Positions 24,927 to 39,065 of a stretch of 64,000 bases of DNA are shown here, piece after piece. This stretch comes from Mustelus asterias (taxonomy: Eukaryota): assembly GCF_964213995.1 (NCBI RefSeq), contig NC_135822.1, positions 71,362,001-71,426,000 on the forward strand. The letters are read 5' to 3'. Every line of letters begins with the position of its first letter. Position 1 is the first letter of the stretch. The notes under the pieces were generated by a model, which was not told where the DNA came from, did no database searches, and worked only from the letters and a program-made list of their open reading frames with translations. Position numbers and translations under genes: made by a program.

Positions 24927-25918
24927 CGGAGAAAGTCCCTTTGGCAAGGCATTCTTTTACACGGTTTGCCCTCCTCACGTGGAATGCTTTGGTAATCTCT
25001 TGGTTCATGAAGGCCTCATTGTTCAAGATATTGGCCACCATCATTCGCAAGTCAAAAACCTCCAGTAGCTCTGCAATGTGGGCGATCTGCATCAGCTCCT
25101 TCTCATTCTCATCCAGCTGGCCGGTGTACAGGTAACGCATGACCGCATTGAACGCATCCGCGTGCACCGAGTAGTCCATCCTGACCACCGTCATCAGTCG
25201 GTTGTCCAACGTGATGGGATCTTCTGCCATCTCTTCCTGGATACTGATGAAAGCTCTGCTCCATGACGACAGGATTTTCCCTCTTCTAAACCAAGCCTTT
25301 GCTCTCCCACTGTTATCGTGGGCATTAAGTTTCAAGATACCGTCACTGGTGGACGCTCTAAGATTGGACAGCGGTTGGGTGCTCAGAACCTCATCTGTGC
25401 TTTCGCTGACATCAAAACTGGCAGCCCTCATTAAATACTCCCTGCCCTGCTTGTCACTGTGACTCACCGCTCTTCCGCCACCCGACTCGGCTTCTTCACT
25501 GAGGTCCATCAGAAACAAGTCGTAAAATTTCGAAGAGGAGGTAGACAAATAGATCTTGTGAGCGTAGATTTTAATCTTGTCCTGAAGCACGAGGATGACG
25601 TCCGCACAAAGGGGATTCTCCAACAAGTGGGCAGGATGCTCTTCATTGGTTTTGGGGGGCTCCGGGACAATGATGATGGGGGGAGGCGGTTTGGGGGGCA
25701 GGAACGGGGCCTGGAGTAAAGGCTTTTGAACGTTCCTCAGGTGCGACTTCCAGAACTGGAGGTGCCGTCTGGATATCAAGGCGGCCCTGATGGCATTATC
25801 GAAGACATCCTTGATGCCAAATTGGGCCACCACGCTGGTCTCGTAATAGGGGATACCCAGTTCTTTGGCGACCTCGCGACCCTTTTCAGGAGGCAAAATC
25901 TCATTGTGTTTTATTGGC
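24927..25918 (-). CDS. RHOBTB2: RHOBTB2 coding exon 4: end of GTPase domain, proline-rich linker, split BTB1 ([21 protein letters not shown]...[10 protein letters not shown])
   Basis: 992 nt open frame inside ORF 24859..26058, cacag|G...TCCG|gtaagc, phase 2 to 1. [14 protein letters not shown] and EEMAEDP favour RHOBTB2 over RHOBTB1. Confidence 0.97.
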
Positions 25919-26084
25919 CTGTGAACACACAAACAAGACCGCGTCAGCTGGATAAGGTCACTTACAAAACTGTCAAATATCACGCATTTACACCTTCCCG
26001 CTTTCTGTAACTGCTTTCTTGTCAAGATGCAATTTGGAAAGCTAGTTGGAAATGTCAAACCATGGTGCTTGGGGTATTTAGCTA

Positions 26085-26220
26085 AGGCAAATTACTGCGG
26101 ATGCTGGAATCTGAAACCAAAAAAGAGAAAATGCTGGAAAATCTCAGCAGGTCTGGCAGCATCTGTAAGGGGAGAAAAGAGTTGATGTTTCGAGTCCAGA
26201 TGACCCTTGGTCAAAGCTTG
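26085..26220 (-). mobile_element. Penelope-type family B repeat, degenerate hammerhead core
   Basis: Minus strand agctttgaccaagggtcatctggactcgaaacatcaac...cagatgctgccagacctgctgag. Confidence 0.6.
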
Positions 26221-27521
26221 GGGTATTTTTGCACACCAACGATTGTTTGGATCTAAATTTTGCTGAACGGGAGGAATATACACAATTTTAGAAAATAGAC
26301 ATGAATATTGTAAACAAATATACTGCCTCAACCAATCTGCAATTGATGATATTCTGATGGAGGGGAGTCGGTACATTGGCACAACCCATCTTGAAATCTG
26401 ACATCTCAAACAACACTGAAAGGGACAAGTTTTAAAAAATATCCAGAGCTCAGATTGAGTAATTGAGAGTAATTTGAAATGTGAACCACATAGACTTACA
26501 GCTCCAAGTAATCAGAATGTATCACTCCCAAATAGGTCCCTAAGCCACCCGGTCCCTCCAACTTGCTCGGCCAGTTCTTCATTGGGTTGGTTGTTGGGAG
26601 TGTTAGTCAGCTGGAAAAGTATTGAATGGAAGGGTGGGGAAAGAATAATTCAGATGGAATCTGGAGACATGATCATAATGTGAGATTGGTTAAGGTCAGT
26701 GAGAAGGTAATGGGGTCAGGGTTGACTGATGGTGCGAACAGGTGGTATCTAATTCATTCCAATTCTCTTCCTGCACCTAGCAGTGCACTGAGGCAGACTT
26801 CCGTTTCCAGAGCTCGGAATTCCCAGAACAGGTCGCCTGTCCTCCAAAGATGTGCGGTTAGGTGGACTGGCCATGCTAAATTGACTCGCGTGTCAGAGGG
26901 ATTAGCAGGGTAAATAGGATTTTCACAGTAACTTCATTACAGTGTTAATGTAAGACTACTTGTAACTAATAAATAAATAAACTTTATCTGTGGGGTGATG
27001 GGGATAGGGCCTGGGTGGGATTGTGGTCGGTGCAGACTCGATGGGCCCAAAGGCTTTCTTTTACACTGCAGGGATTCTATGATTCTAAATAAACATCAAA
27101 CCAGTGCTTTTAAGTTACGTTCACTGACAGCAAATTGGTTGATTTAACTGTGAGTCAATACTAGACTATTCTGTAGGATAGTGGGACTGGGCTGGGGGAA
27201 GCTGTCATACAGTAGAGCGTGTCTAATGAAGAGGTTTGCTGGACATTTGGTATTTATATTCTCATAATCCAAATCAATACAATCCAATCCAAATCAGTAA
27301 ATGAGGAAGCCTCTCAAAGCTTACCATTGATTAATTGCTCATTCGTCCCTTCATGGATTTCTCTTCATTGACTCACAACGGGTTCCTGTTCCACTGACAT
27401 CAATCAGCCCGTGGTACCTCACCCAAGTATACCTCCTTCATTTGTGATCCACTACAGCAAGTTCAGCCAGTGGCAGAAGGGTTGCGGGAGGTTGGCCATG
27501 TAAAACCTCATCAACATAAGG

Positions 27522-27950
27522 GCGGCATTGTGACATGGTGGTGAGCACTGCTGCCCCACAGCGCAGGGACCTGGGTTGAATTCTGACCTTGGGTGACTGT
27601 CTGTGTGGAGTTTGCACGTTCTCCCAGTGTCTGCGAGGATTTCCTCCGCATGTTCCGGTTTCCTCCCACAGTCCAAAAGGCGTGCTGGTTAGGTGAATTG
27701 ACCCGAACAGGCGCTGGAGTGTGGCGACGAGGGGAATTTCACAGTAACTTCATTGCAGTGTTGATCTAAATTTTACTTGTGACCAATAAATAAACTTACT
27801 TAAAGATGTACGGGTTTGGTGGATTGACCATGCTTAGTCTCACGGGGACTATCTAGAGTAAACGCATGGGGTCATAGGATAGGGCCTAGGTGGGATTGTG
27901 GTCAGTACTGGGCTGAATGGTCTCCTTCTACACTGTCGAGTTTCTATGAA
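27522..27950 (+). mobile_element. HE1-like SINE (type B tail) followed by a type A 3' half
   Basis: Consensus match. Confidence 0.8.
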
Positions 27951-28131
27951 TTCTGCCTTCCCCCAACACGGGTGAGGTTTCCTTCCCATACTTAACACAG
28001 CTGAGGACCATTGGGGTGAACATTCGGACTGAGATGAGCTGACTCACCGGTGAGCAAGACTTTCTGGTCCCATCGCTCATCCATTCGCCCGTCAGTTCAA
28101 CCTTTGGGGAAAGTTCTCACTTTTACCCTTA

Positions 28132-28458
<327 letters not shown>

Positions 28459-28707
28459 TCATCTCACCTTTGTGTAGTCTGTTTAAATTGGCACGTATGA
28501 CACTTCAGTAACTGGATTGTGTCACACAGAACATACAGCACAGAAACAGGACATTCATCCCACTGGTTCCTTGCTGGTGTTTCTGCTCCACACAAGTCTC
28601 CTCCCACCCTATCAGTACCTCCTTCTACTCCTTCCTCCCTCCCTCATGTGTTCATCTCGACCCCTCTCCTTAAGTTTATCCATGATTTGCGGACTTTCTT
28701 TATTGAG

Positions 28708-28905
28708 TCTCACAACACCAGGTTAAAGTCCAACAGGTTTATTTGGAGTCACGAGCTTTCGGAGCGCCGCTCTGAGTGACTCACCTGATGAAGGAGCAGC
28801 GCTCTGAAAGCTCGTGACACCAAATAAACCTGTTGGATTTTAACCTGGTGTTGTGAGACTTCTTACTGTGCCCCATCCCAGTCCAATGCCGGCATCTCCA
28901 CATCA
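28708..28905 (+). mobile_element. Penelope-like element terminal-repeat fragment with inverted partial copy
   Basis: Inverted arms spanning 28706-28860, a hammerhead core, and a 13-bp flanking duplication TTTCTT(T/G)ATTGAG (28695-28707 and 28906-28918). Confidence 0.75.
28781..28817 (+). ncRNA. Minimal type I hammerhead ribozyme motif (family A)
   Basis: TCAC-CTGATGA-A-GGAGC(agc)GCTCT-GAAAGCT-C-GTGA. Confidence 0.7.
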
Positions 28906-29484
28906 TTTCTTGATTGAGGCCTGTAAAAACTAAGTACTACAGCATCCAGCTATGCCTATAATGGAGGTGGACATCGACTGCACACCTATTTAAAAGCTTG
29001 TGGCCACTGCACAGCCTGTTTTTGAGGAAGTTACACTCATCAATGGTACCCTTTTCAATAAAAACACCTGAAAATGAGTTGCAATGAGTAAACCTGTTGC
29101 GGAGGAACCTGCCCTTTCCTCAGCCCTGCTGGACATTCTGCCTCAGCTGATTAGATTGGCCAGGTTTTCAGAATGACGTAGCAGTGTCCTTTCCAGCGGT
29201 AAAGGTTAGTGCCACAGCTGAATGATCCACAAGAGATGCTGCGTTATTCCGAGAATAGACTCCACCAGCTGGGGGCTGGCATTACCCATCTTCACAACGA
29301 ATCAGGCTCTTTCATTTTGGTTTTGTTCAGGAAATACTGAATTGGTTAGAAAGCATTTCAGATCTGTGCAGTCTTCTTCTCAGTGGTTCTCTCTGAAGAT
29401 AAGCTTTGCAGGATGTTTTGAGACATAGCTTTACAAGGATATCAGGTTTTACAACGACCTCAGATTTGTCATGCCATTGGTTGT

Positions 29485-29618
29485 GTGATGACTTCAATGA
29501 GGCCCATGAGGTTGGCCTCTTGGAGTACGAGTTCCCTGATTGGACAGACAATTCTGACCTCAATCAGGGAGCTCATACTCCAAGAGGCCAACCTCATGGG
29601 CCTCGTTCAAGTCATCAC
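29485..29618. repeat. Long inverted repeat (58-bp arms, 18-nt spacer)
   Basis: 29485-29542 versus the reverse complement of 29561-29618: 54/58 identical. Confidence 0.92.
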
Positions 29619-29629
29619 TGGTTGTTTCA

Positions 29630-30227
<598 letters not shown>

Positions 30228-31886
30228 TCAATAATTTCCAGTGCAAAGGAAGAGAAGGTAAGTCTCATCAAGTGTGTTGCAGTATGGAATCATACAATGC
30301 AGAAGAGGCCTTTCGACCCATCGAGTCTGCACCAACAGTAGTTAAGGCTGAAGGAGCACAAGGTGCTTCAGTTGATTTGGCATTCAACATGTCCGAGCAA
30401 TGTTGCACAGCGCTCATATTAAATTACCTTGCCCAAACAGTGAGCACATTGGAGAAAAGAAACTGCCACTAAAGGTGCATAACCATCAGACCACACCTTG
30501 AAGGGGTCTGGTCACCCAGACACAGACATTCAAGCAGTGAGAGGAGTGTGGGGAAGAGCTAGAAGGCTAATTTCTCATGTCAAAGGTCTGAGGTGTCAGG
30601 TAAGGATGGGAGCGGACCTTAATGACATGTGGGAGTTAGTTAAGGAAATGGAAAAGGTGCACCTCGAACAAGTTTGATTGGAAGAGTACAACAGTGAACA
30701 GTACAGCACAGGAAACAGGCCCTTCGGCCCTCCAAGTGGGACATAACATCAAACTAGTCTGAAGGACGCGCTGGTTAGGTTCATTGGCCATGCTAAATTC
30801 TCCCTCACTGTATCCGAACAGGCGCCGGAGTGTGGCAACTAGGGGATTGTCACAGTAACTTAATTGCAGTGTTAATGTCAGTCTACTTGGGACACTAATA
30901 AATAAAATACAAATGGTTGAAAAAGGTACATTAAGAACAGATGCCAGGAGATTTTACATGCTTGCGTCTTAATAATCTCTGGAGAACTTGGGACGTCAAT
31001 AGTGTCTACCTCCCTGAACAAGTGAAACACTGTGCCTTCAGAGAGACAGCCTTGGCGTTGTAGCAAGGATGCCAATGATGTTGCCTTTAACTTGAGAGTT
31101 GGAGAGAATGCTGAATATCCATAAATTAATATCAGATTGCAAACCTTCATCTTCTAAAACCTCCTGGCTATCACCCAGGATTTATGCTAGGTGGCCAATG
31201 TGTCATTTTTAAATAGCCGAAACCAGATGTTCGTGAGAAAAACAGCTTGCATTTAAACTGCACCTCTAATGACCTCAGGACATCAGACAATGCTTTACAG
31301 CCAATAATGTACTTCTGAAGTGTAGCAGTTGGCATCCTTCCATCCAGAAAGGATGACAGACACAGCAAACAATCCATTGAGGTGGGGTGTAGTGAATGCC
31401 ATCCCTGATACAGGAAAAGCAGCAGTCAATCCGAGTACAACAAGCTCCCACGAACAGCGGTGCCATAATGATCGGACATCTGCCATGTTGGCTGGTATTG
31501 TGTTTCCTTTGATTTTTTCAGCACAAACTCACCAATTACTCAAGTACACTGGTAAACCGTATTGTCAATTCTTTATTCACTGATTATTGTACTAAGTACA
31601 CATTTCCAGAGTGCTCTCACCAGTAGGTCTCGATTGGTCAACTGATAGATTGTCACACAACAACTGTCTGATGTGCACAGGTAATGGACATACCCCACTG
31701 GAGGGCATCCTACAATCGCTAAGAGATAAACATTGGCCAGGGCACTGGGAAAACTCCCCTCTTCTGCAAGATAGGACCACAGGGCTTTTAACATCCACCA
31801 GAGAGGACAGATGGGTCCTCAGCATCCCAACTGAAAGGTGGCCTGTCTGACAGTCCAGCAGCCCCTCAGCACTTGTCTAGTGGCCT

Positions 31887-32395
31887 GGCGGCATGGTGAC
31901 ACAGTGGCTAGCACTGCTGCCTCACAGCGAAAGGGACCCAGGTTCAATTCTGGCCTCCGGTCACTGTCTGTGTGGAGTTTCCACATTCTTCCCGTGTCTG
32001 CGTGGGTTTCCTCCGGTTTCCTCCCACAATCCAAAGATGTGCGGGTGAGGTTGACTGGCCATGCTAAATTAACCCTAGTGACAGGAGGATTGGCAGGGGG
32101 GATATGTGAGGTCACGGGAGTGGGGCCTGGTGGGACTGTGGTCGGTGTGGACTTGATGGGCTGAACGGCCTCCTTCCGCACTGCAGGGATTCTATGATCA
32201 ATATTGATACTGTATTCCGTCCAAACCACCTAACCTGCACATCGTTACTGTGGGAGGAAACCAGAGCACCCGATGGAAACCCACGCAGACACGGGGAGAA
32301 CGTGCAGAATCCACACAGTCACCCGAGGCCAGAATTGAACCCGGGTCCTTGGCGCTGTGAGGCAGCAGTGCTAGCCACTGTGTCACCGTGCCGCC
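31887..32395. mobile_element. Inverted pair of HE1-like SINEs (31887-32198 +, 32220-32395 -) nested in an older Deu-type SINE
   Basis: Two heads pointing toward each other. The flanks at 31480-31870 and 32396-32430 resemble the SacSINE1/AmnSINE1-like repeat. Confidence 0.82.
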
Positions 32396-33879
32396 CAGTC
32401 GGACATGAACCCATAACCTTCTGACTCAGGCTGCTGACTGACACAAACCTTCAGAAAATATCCCCTTCAGTTGCATTTTCCAGACCATTCGCCTTAATGT
32501 CAAAAACATAAATTCATATCCCAGTGATAAAACAATTTTTCACGCTGAATGATTTTCAGTGTTGCACAGGTTTATTGCAGTTGTAAATAAAGCCTGAACA
32601 CAAATCTAGCCATGTGACTGGGTAATGAGTTGAAGTGAATTATTTTACCACTTACAAGATCAAATTGAGCTGCAGGAGCTTTGAAATTGCGGTACTGGAC
32701 TTGCTGCCAAGGGGTCAAGAGTTCAAATCACACCACGGCTAAACTTAATCTATCACATCTGATGCAAGTTCACCAATCTGTAATGCCAATTCTCTCTCTC
32801 TCCACACAAAGGTTGTCTGATCTGCTGTGTATTTCCAACACACGCACTTGATATTTCCCATTTCAAGCACCTGTAGTTTTCTTTTGCTTCACACTCACTG
32901 GTACGCTAGCATCTTAGAAATAACCCCTCAACAACAACTTGCATTCACACAGCAACATTTATGGGATTAGCTGGTAAAGGAAGCAGATGTGGTATGAGGA
33001 GAAACTTTTCCACACAGCGAGTGGTTAGGGTTTGGAATGCTCTGTCTGAGAGTGTGGTGGAGGCAGCTTCAATCCAAGCTTTCAAAAGGGAATCAGGCTG
33101 TGATCTGAAAAGGAAGAATGTGTAGGGTCAGGGGGAGAAGTGTGTGTGTGTCTCATGTCTGTCACGGAACAAGAACCAGCCAATCCCACCTACTCTGGAC
33201 ATGATCAACTCTGGCTGCCTGAGGACAACTGGGAGCAGCCTTGCCCACATTCCAAGAAGCAATGAAATAAAATTGCAGGAATGCTCAAGATGCAAGCATA
33301 AATCCCACTTAGTATTTTATTTTGGATCTTAATATCATCCTAACTTACTGCAGTATTAATTCCCCGGACATTTCTTTTCCCTACATCTGATAAGCATTTG
33401 TAGATGATCATGCATGTCAATTGTATGGTACATGATGGTGGAGAGTTTTTTAAAATTTTATTATTAATTCGTGGGACATGGGCGTCGCTGGCTGGCCAGC
33501 ATTTATTGCCCATCCTTGGCTGCCCTTGTTCAAAGGGCAGTTGAGAGTCAACCACATTGTTGTGGCTCTGGAGTCACATGTAGGCCAGACCAGGTAAGGA
33601 CGGCAGATTTCCTTCCCTAAAGGATATTAGTGAACCAGATGGGTTTTTCTGACAATGGTCTCGGATGCTTACTTGAGCATGTATACAAACACGCTTACTG
33701 ACACAAGAGTTGACTGGAATCAGGAGATATTGACCTGTAATGTTTCACACTGTGAATACTCTATTCTAAGTAAAGACCAACTCTGGATTTTTCCTTCACC
33801 AACTGGCTATTTGGAATATAACAATGCATTAAATTTAGCATCTAACTCATCTATTCAATATCAGAAAGCACACAGACAT

Positions 33880-36115
33880 ATGAATTCGGAGCAGGAGCAG
33901 GCCATTCAGCCCCTCAACCCTGCTCCGCCATTCAATCAGATCTTGGCTAAATTGATTGTGGATTCAACTTCACTTTCCCTTCTAACCCCTTTGACTCTCT
34001 CATTAGTGCAGAATCGATCGAATTCGGCCTGAAAAATATTCACTGACCCTGCCTCCATCACTCTCTGGGGAAGAGAGTTCCACAGACTCACTGCCCATTG
34101 AGAGAGAAAAAAATCTCCTCATCTGCCTTAAATGGGAGACCTTTATTTTTAAGCTGTGTCCATAGTTCTGGCCTGTCCCACAAGGGGAAACATCCTCTCA
34201 GCATCCACCTTTTCAAGTCCTGTCAGGATCTTGAATGTTTCAATAAGATCACCCCCCACGCTTCTGAACTCCAGTGGATACAGACCCAATCTGTCCAATG
34301 AATGATATAGAAACAAAGGAACGAGAAGCAGGAGGAGGCCATTCGGCCCTTTGAGCCTACCCCACCATTCATTTTGATCATGCCTGATCATCGAATTCAA
34401 TATCCGGATCCTCCCTTCCCCTCCATATCCCTTGATCCCGATAGTCCCTAGAGCTATATTTAATTTCTTCTTGAAATCACACAACCCTTTGGCCTCAACT
34501 ACTTTCTGTGGGAGTGAATTTCACACATTTACCAACCTCTGGGTGAAGAAATTTCTCCTCACCTCAGTCCTAAAAGGTTTACCCCTTATCCTCAAACTAT
34601 GACCCCCTAGTTCTGGACTCCCCCACCATTGGGAACATTCTTTCTGAATCTACCCTGTCTAACCCTGTCAGAATTTTATAAGTTTCTATGAGATTCCCTC
34701 TCACTCTTCTAAACTCCAGTGAATATTATCCTAACCGACTTAGTCTCTCCTCATATGACAGACCTGCCATCCCAGGGATCAGCCTGGTAAACCTTCGCTG
34801 CACTCCCTCTATAGCAAGGACATCCTTCCTCAGATAAGGAGACCAAAATTACACACAATACTCCAGGTATGGCGTCACCAACGCCCTATACAGTTGCAGC
34901 AAAACATCACTATCCCTATACTCAAATCCTCTCACTATGAAGGCCAACATACCATTTGCCTTCTTTACTGCCTGCTGTACCTGCACGCTTACTTTCAGTG
35001 ACTGATGCACAAGGACTCCAAGGTCCTGTTGAGTATCCACCTCTCTCAATTTACACCCATTCAAGTAATAATCTGTCTTCCTATTATTGCTACCAAAGTG
35101 GATAACCTCACATTTAACCATATTATCCTACACCTGCCATGCGGATGCCCTAACACTCAGCCTGTCCAAATCATGCTGAAGCATCTCTGCATCCTCCTCA
35201 CCACTCATCCTCCCACTTAACTTTGTATCATCTTCAAATTTGGAGATAAGACATTCAGTTCCCTCTTCCAAATCATTAATATATAATGGGAACAGTTGGG
35301 GTTCTAGCACAGATCCCTACAGAACCCAACTAGTCACTGACTGCCAATCAGAAAAAGACCCATTTATGCCAACTCTCTGCTTCCTATCTGCTAACCAGCT
35401 TTCTATCCATCTCAAGACATTACCTGCCATCCCACGTGCTTTACACAGTAGTCTGTTGTGTGAGACCTTGTTGAAAGCTTTCTGAAAGTCTAAATAAACA
35501 TCCATTGGTTCTCCTCGGTCAACTCTGCTCGTTACATCCTCAAAAAAGTCCAATAGAATCGTCAAGCGTGATTTCCCTTCTGCAAATTCACGCTGACTTA
35601 GTCTGATTATACCACTACCGTCCAAATGCTGAGTTATGAAATCCTTGATAATAGACTCCAGCAACTTCCCCAGTTAGGCTCACTGGTCTGTAGTTCCCTG
35701 TTTTCTCTCTACCTCCCTTTTTGAATAGCGGGCTTACGTTAATTACCTTCCAATCTGTAGGAACTATCCCAAAGAATTTTGGAAAATAACCACCAATGGA
35801 TCTACTATTTCCAGGGCCACTTCCTTTAGTACTCTGGGATGAAGATTATCAGGACCTGAGGATTTATCCACCTTCAATCCCATCAATTTCCCCCAAACCA
35901 TTTCTCTACTAATGCTGATTTCCTTCAGCTCCTCACTAAAACATGTTTCTCTCAGCACTCCTGGTACATTGCTTCAGTCCTCACAAAGGAAGACATGAAT
36001 AGAGTACAAATTTAATTCCTCGGCCATTTCTTTATTCCCCGTTATGAATTCTTCTGTTTCTGACTGTAAGGGTTCGACATTAGTTTTTGTCAATCTCTTT
36101 CTCTTTCCATGTCTA
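33880..36115 (-). mobile_element. CR1 LINEs: an older tail (33880-34297) plus a decayed RT-encoding copy of about 1.8 kb (34307-36115)
   Basis: KSSGPDNLHPRVLKE, VYLDFQKAFNKV, LYINDL..ISKFEDDTKL, KCEVIHFG. Confidence 0.92.
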
Positions 36116-36246
36116 TATGGGACAGAAGGAGGCCAATCAGCCCATTGTGCCTGTCAGACACAGCAGAACATGTTGACTATTGCACCACGAGCAGAAAATG
36201 CTGGAAAATCTCAGCAGGTCAGGCAGCATCTGTGGAGAGAGAATAG

Positions 36247-36285
36247 AGCCAACGTTTCGAGTCAGCATGACCCTTCGTCAGAGCT
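36247..36285 (-). ncRNA. Minimal type I hammerhead ribozyme motif (family B), sense to the RHOBTB2 pre-mRNA
   Basis: Minus strand AGCT-CTGACGA-A-GGGTC(atgct)GACTC-GAAACGT-T-GGCT. Confidence 0.72.
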
Positions 36286-36479
36286 AATGTTACAGATGGA
36301 AGGAGGTTCAGAGGCAGGTAAAGATGGGCAAAAAGCCTTTGATAAGACAGGAGTGATTCAGTGACAGAAGGGATGATGGAAGGAGGAAAAGAGGACCATA
36401 AAGAGACAAGTGAAGAAATGGAAGATGGATCTCGAGTAGCTGCAAATGGCAGCACACCTGTACACAAGTAGAAGCAGAA

Positions 36480-36548
36480 GACACACACACGCAGAAACAG
36501 ACAGACACACACACACACTGACAGACACAGAGAGAGAGAGAGAGACAG

Positions 36549-36585
<37 letters not shown>

Positions 36586-36638
36586 CAGACAGACAGGCAC
36601 ACACATATAGAGACAGACAAACACACACATATAGAGAC
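36480..36638. repeat. Compound (CA)n/(GA)n microsatellite running into the gap
   Basis: Directly visible. Confidence 0.95.
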
Positions 36639-37060
36639 NNNNNNNNNNNNNNNNNNNNNNNNNNNNNNNNNNNNNNNNNNNNNNNNNNNNNNNNNNNNNN
36701 NNNNNNNNNNNNNNNNNNNNNNNNNNNNNNNNNNNNNNNNNNNNNNNNNNNNNNNNNNNNNNNNNNNNNNNNNNNNNNNNNNNNNNNNNNNNNNNNNNNN
36801 NNNNNNNNNNNNNNNNNNNNNNNNNNNNNNNNNNNNNNNNNNNNNNNNNNNNNNNNNNNNNNNNNNNNNNNNNNNNNNNNNNNNNNNNNNNNNNNNNNNN
36901 NNNNNNNNNNNNNNNNNNNNNNNNNNNNNNNNNNNNNNNNNNNNNNNNNNNNNNNNNNNNNNNNNNNNNNNNNNNNNNNNNNNNNNNNNNNNNNNNNNNN
37001 NNNNNNNNNNNNNNNNNNNNNNNNNNNNNNNNNNNNNNNNNNNNNNNNNNNNNNNNNNNN
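36639..37060. other. Assembly gap (422 N)
   Basis: Run of N. Confidence 0.99.
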
Positions 37061-37062
37061 CA

Positions 37063-37389
<327 letters not shown>

Positions 37390-38729
37390 CTACCTTTTCT
37401 AACTTCCCACCAGAGAACTAGGTTTACAGCACAGAAGGCCATTCAGCACATCACATCTGTGACAGCCCTTTCCAGGAGCAATGTAAAAATCAATCCCACT
37501 CCTCTGCTTTCTCCGTATCAACTTCTTGCGGTGCACACACAAAATTTGCAGCAAATTGTAACACGATTAGCCTTGTGATAAGGAAAGGGAAACATGATGT
37601 TTCCTACATTACGACAGTGAGTGCCCTCTGAAGCACTTCAGTGCCTGCAATGTGCTTTAAGGTGCCCCTGAGGTTGTGTATGTTTTGCATTCACAAGTCT
37701 TTGTGAAATGAGCTTGACACAAAAAATAAATCGGACGTTGGAAAAAGAACCGAACTGAATTGCCTTGTAGATGGAGTTCTCTCAGAGCACAAGTACAGTT
37801 CAGTCGCCACTCAAGTTTCAGAGTGCAACTGATCTTTTATTTACACCAGACTATCCACAGATTGTGCCTGTAATATAATATACATTGAACTGTTATTATT
37901 GCAAGGAAGTTATACCGTGTCCCGAATATCAGCAGGTCACGTACCAGCCGACTCAAGAACAGCTTCTTCCCTGCTGCCGTCAGACTTTTGAATGGACTGA
38001 CCTTGCATTAAGTTGATCTTTCTCTACACCCTAGCTATGACTGTAACACTACATTCTGCACTCTCTCCTTTCCTTCTCTATGAACGGTACGTTTTGTCTG
38101 TATAGCGCGCAAGAAACAATACGTTACACTGCATGTTAACACATGTGACAATTATAAATAAAATAAAATCAAAAATCAAGATACATTGGTACGATGCTCC
38201 AGCTGCGAGGAAGGTTGAACTTCAAACTGACAACCCACAGTGTTTGTTTTCTCTGCCTGAAACTTTGGAAAGTTCCAGACTGTGTGATAATCTTAGATAC
38301 AGCTGGCATTTATAAATAGCACAGGCATTGATCAAGAGTCCAAGTATAATGTCAATATGAGAGAATATTTCTCCAAATCCAGTGCTCCCGCTTACCAGTT
38401 CCCTCTTTCTCCTGACTGAAGACACAGCTGCAGCTTTCCACCTATTCAGTGTAATGGATGAAAGGTTGTGAGCTTGGGGGGGGGGGGGGGGGGGAGACTG
38501 CACATCATACTCCATCAATCACAGACCAGCCTGGACTATGCTGACAGACTACCCCGACAAGCCCAGTCACGTTCCAATGCACGCTTCCAGCAAACGGAGC
38601 AAGAACAGGAGCAGGGGAGGCGGAAATGGTTTTTCCCATTTCCTGGACAGTGAGTGTTTAGGCAAATGCCAATCCGTTAGCTCACTCAATGCTGGGCAGT
38701 GATCGAAACTGGGACCTCTTCAGGTCTAC

Positions 38730-39065
38730 ATAGGTCACAGTGCAGGAGGAGGCCATTTGGCCCATCGAGTCTGCACCGACAGTCCGACACAGCATCATAC
38801 CCAGGCCCTACCCCCATAACAGTTACGTATTTACCCCACTAACCCTCCTAACTGACAAATTCTTGGGACACTAAGGGTCAGTTTAGCATGGCCAATCCAC
38901 CCAACCTGCACATCTTTGGAGTGTGGGAGGAAACAGGAGCACCCGGAGGAAACCCACGCAGACACGGGGAGAACGTGCAGACTCCGCACAGACAGTGACC
39001 CAAGCAGGGAAATCAAACCCCAGTCCCTGGCGGTGAGGCAGCAGTGCTAACCACCGTGCTGCCCA
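38730..39065 (-). mobile_element. HE1-like SINE
   Basis: Consensus match. Confidence 0.85.

Noticed and set aside
29260-29280. CTCF-like motif CCACCAGCTGGGGGC
   Set aside because: An imperfect match of this kind is expected by chance in 64 kb.
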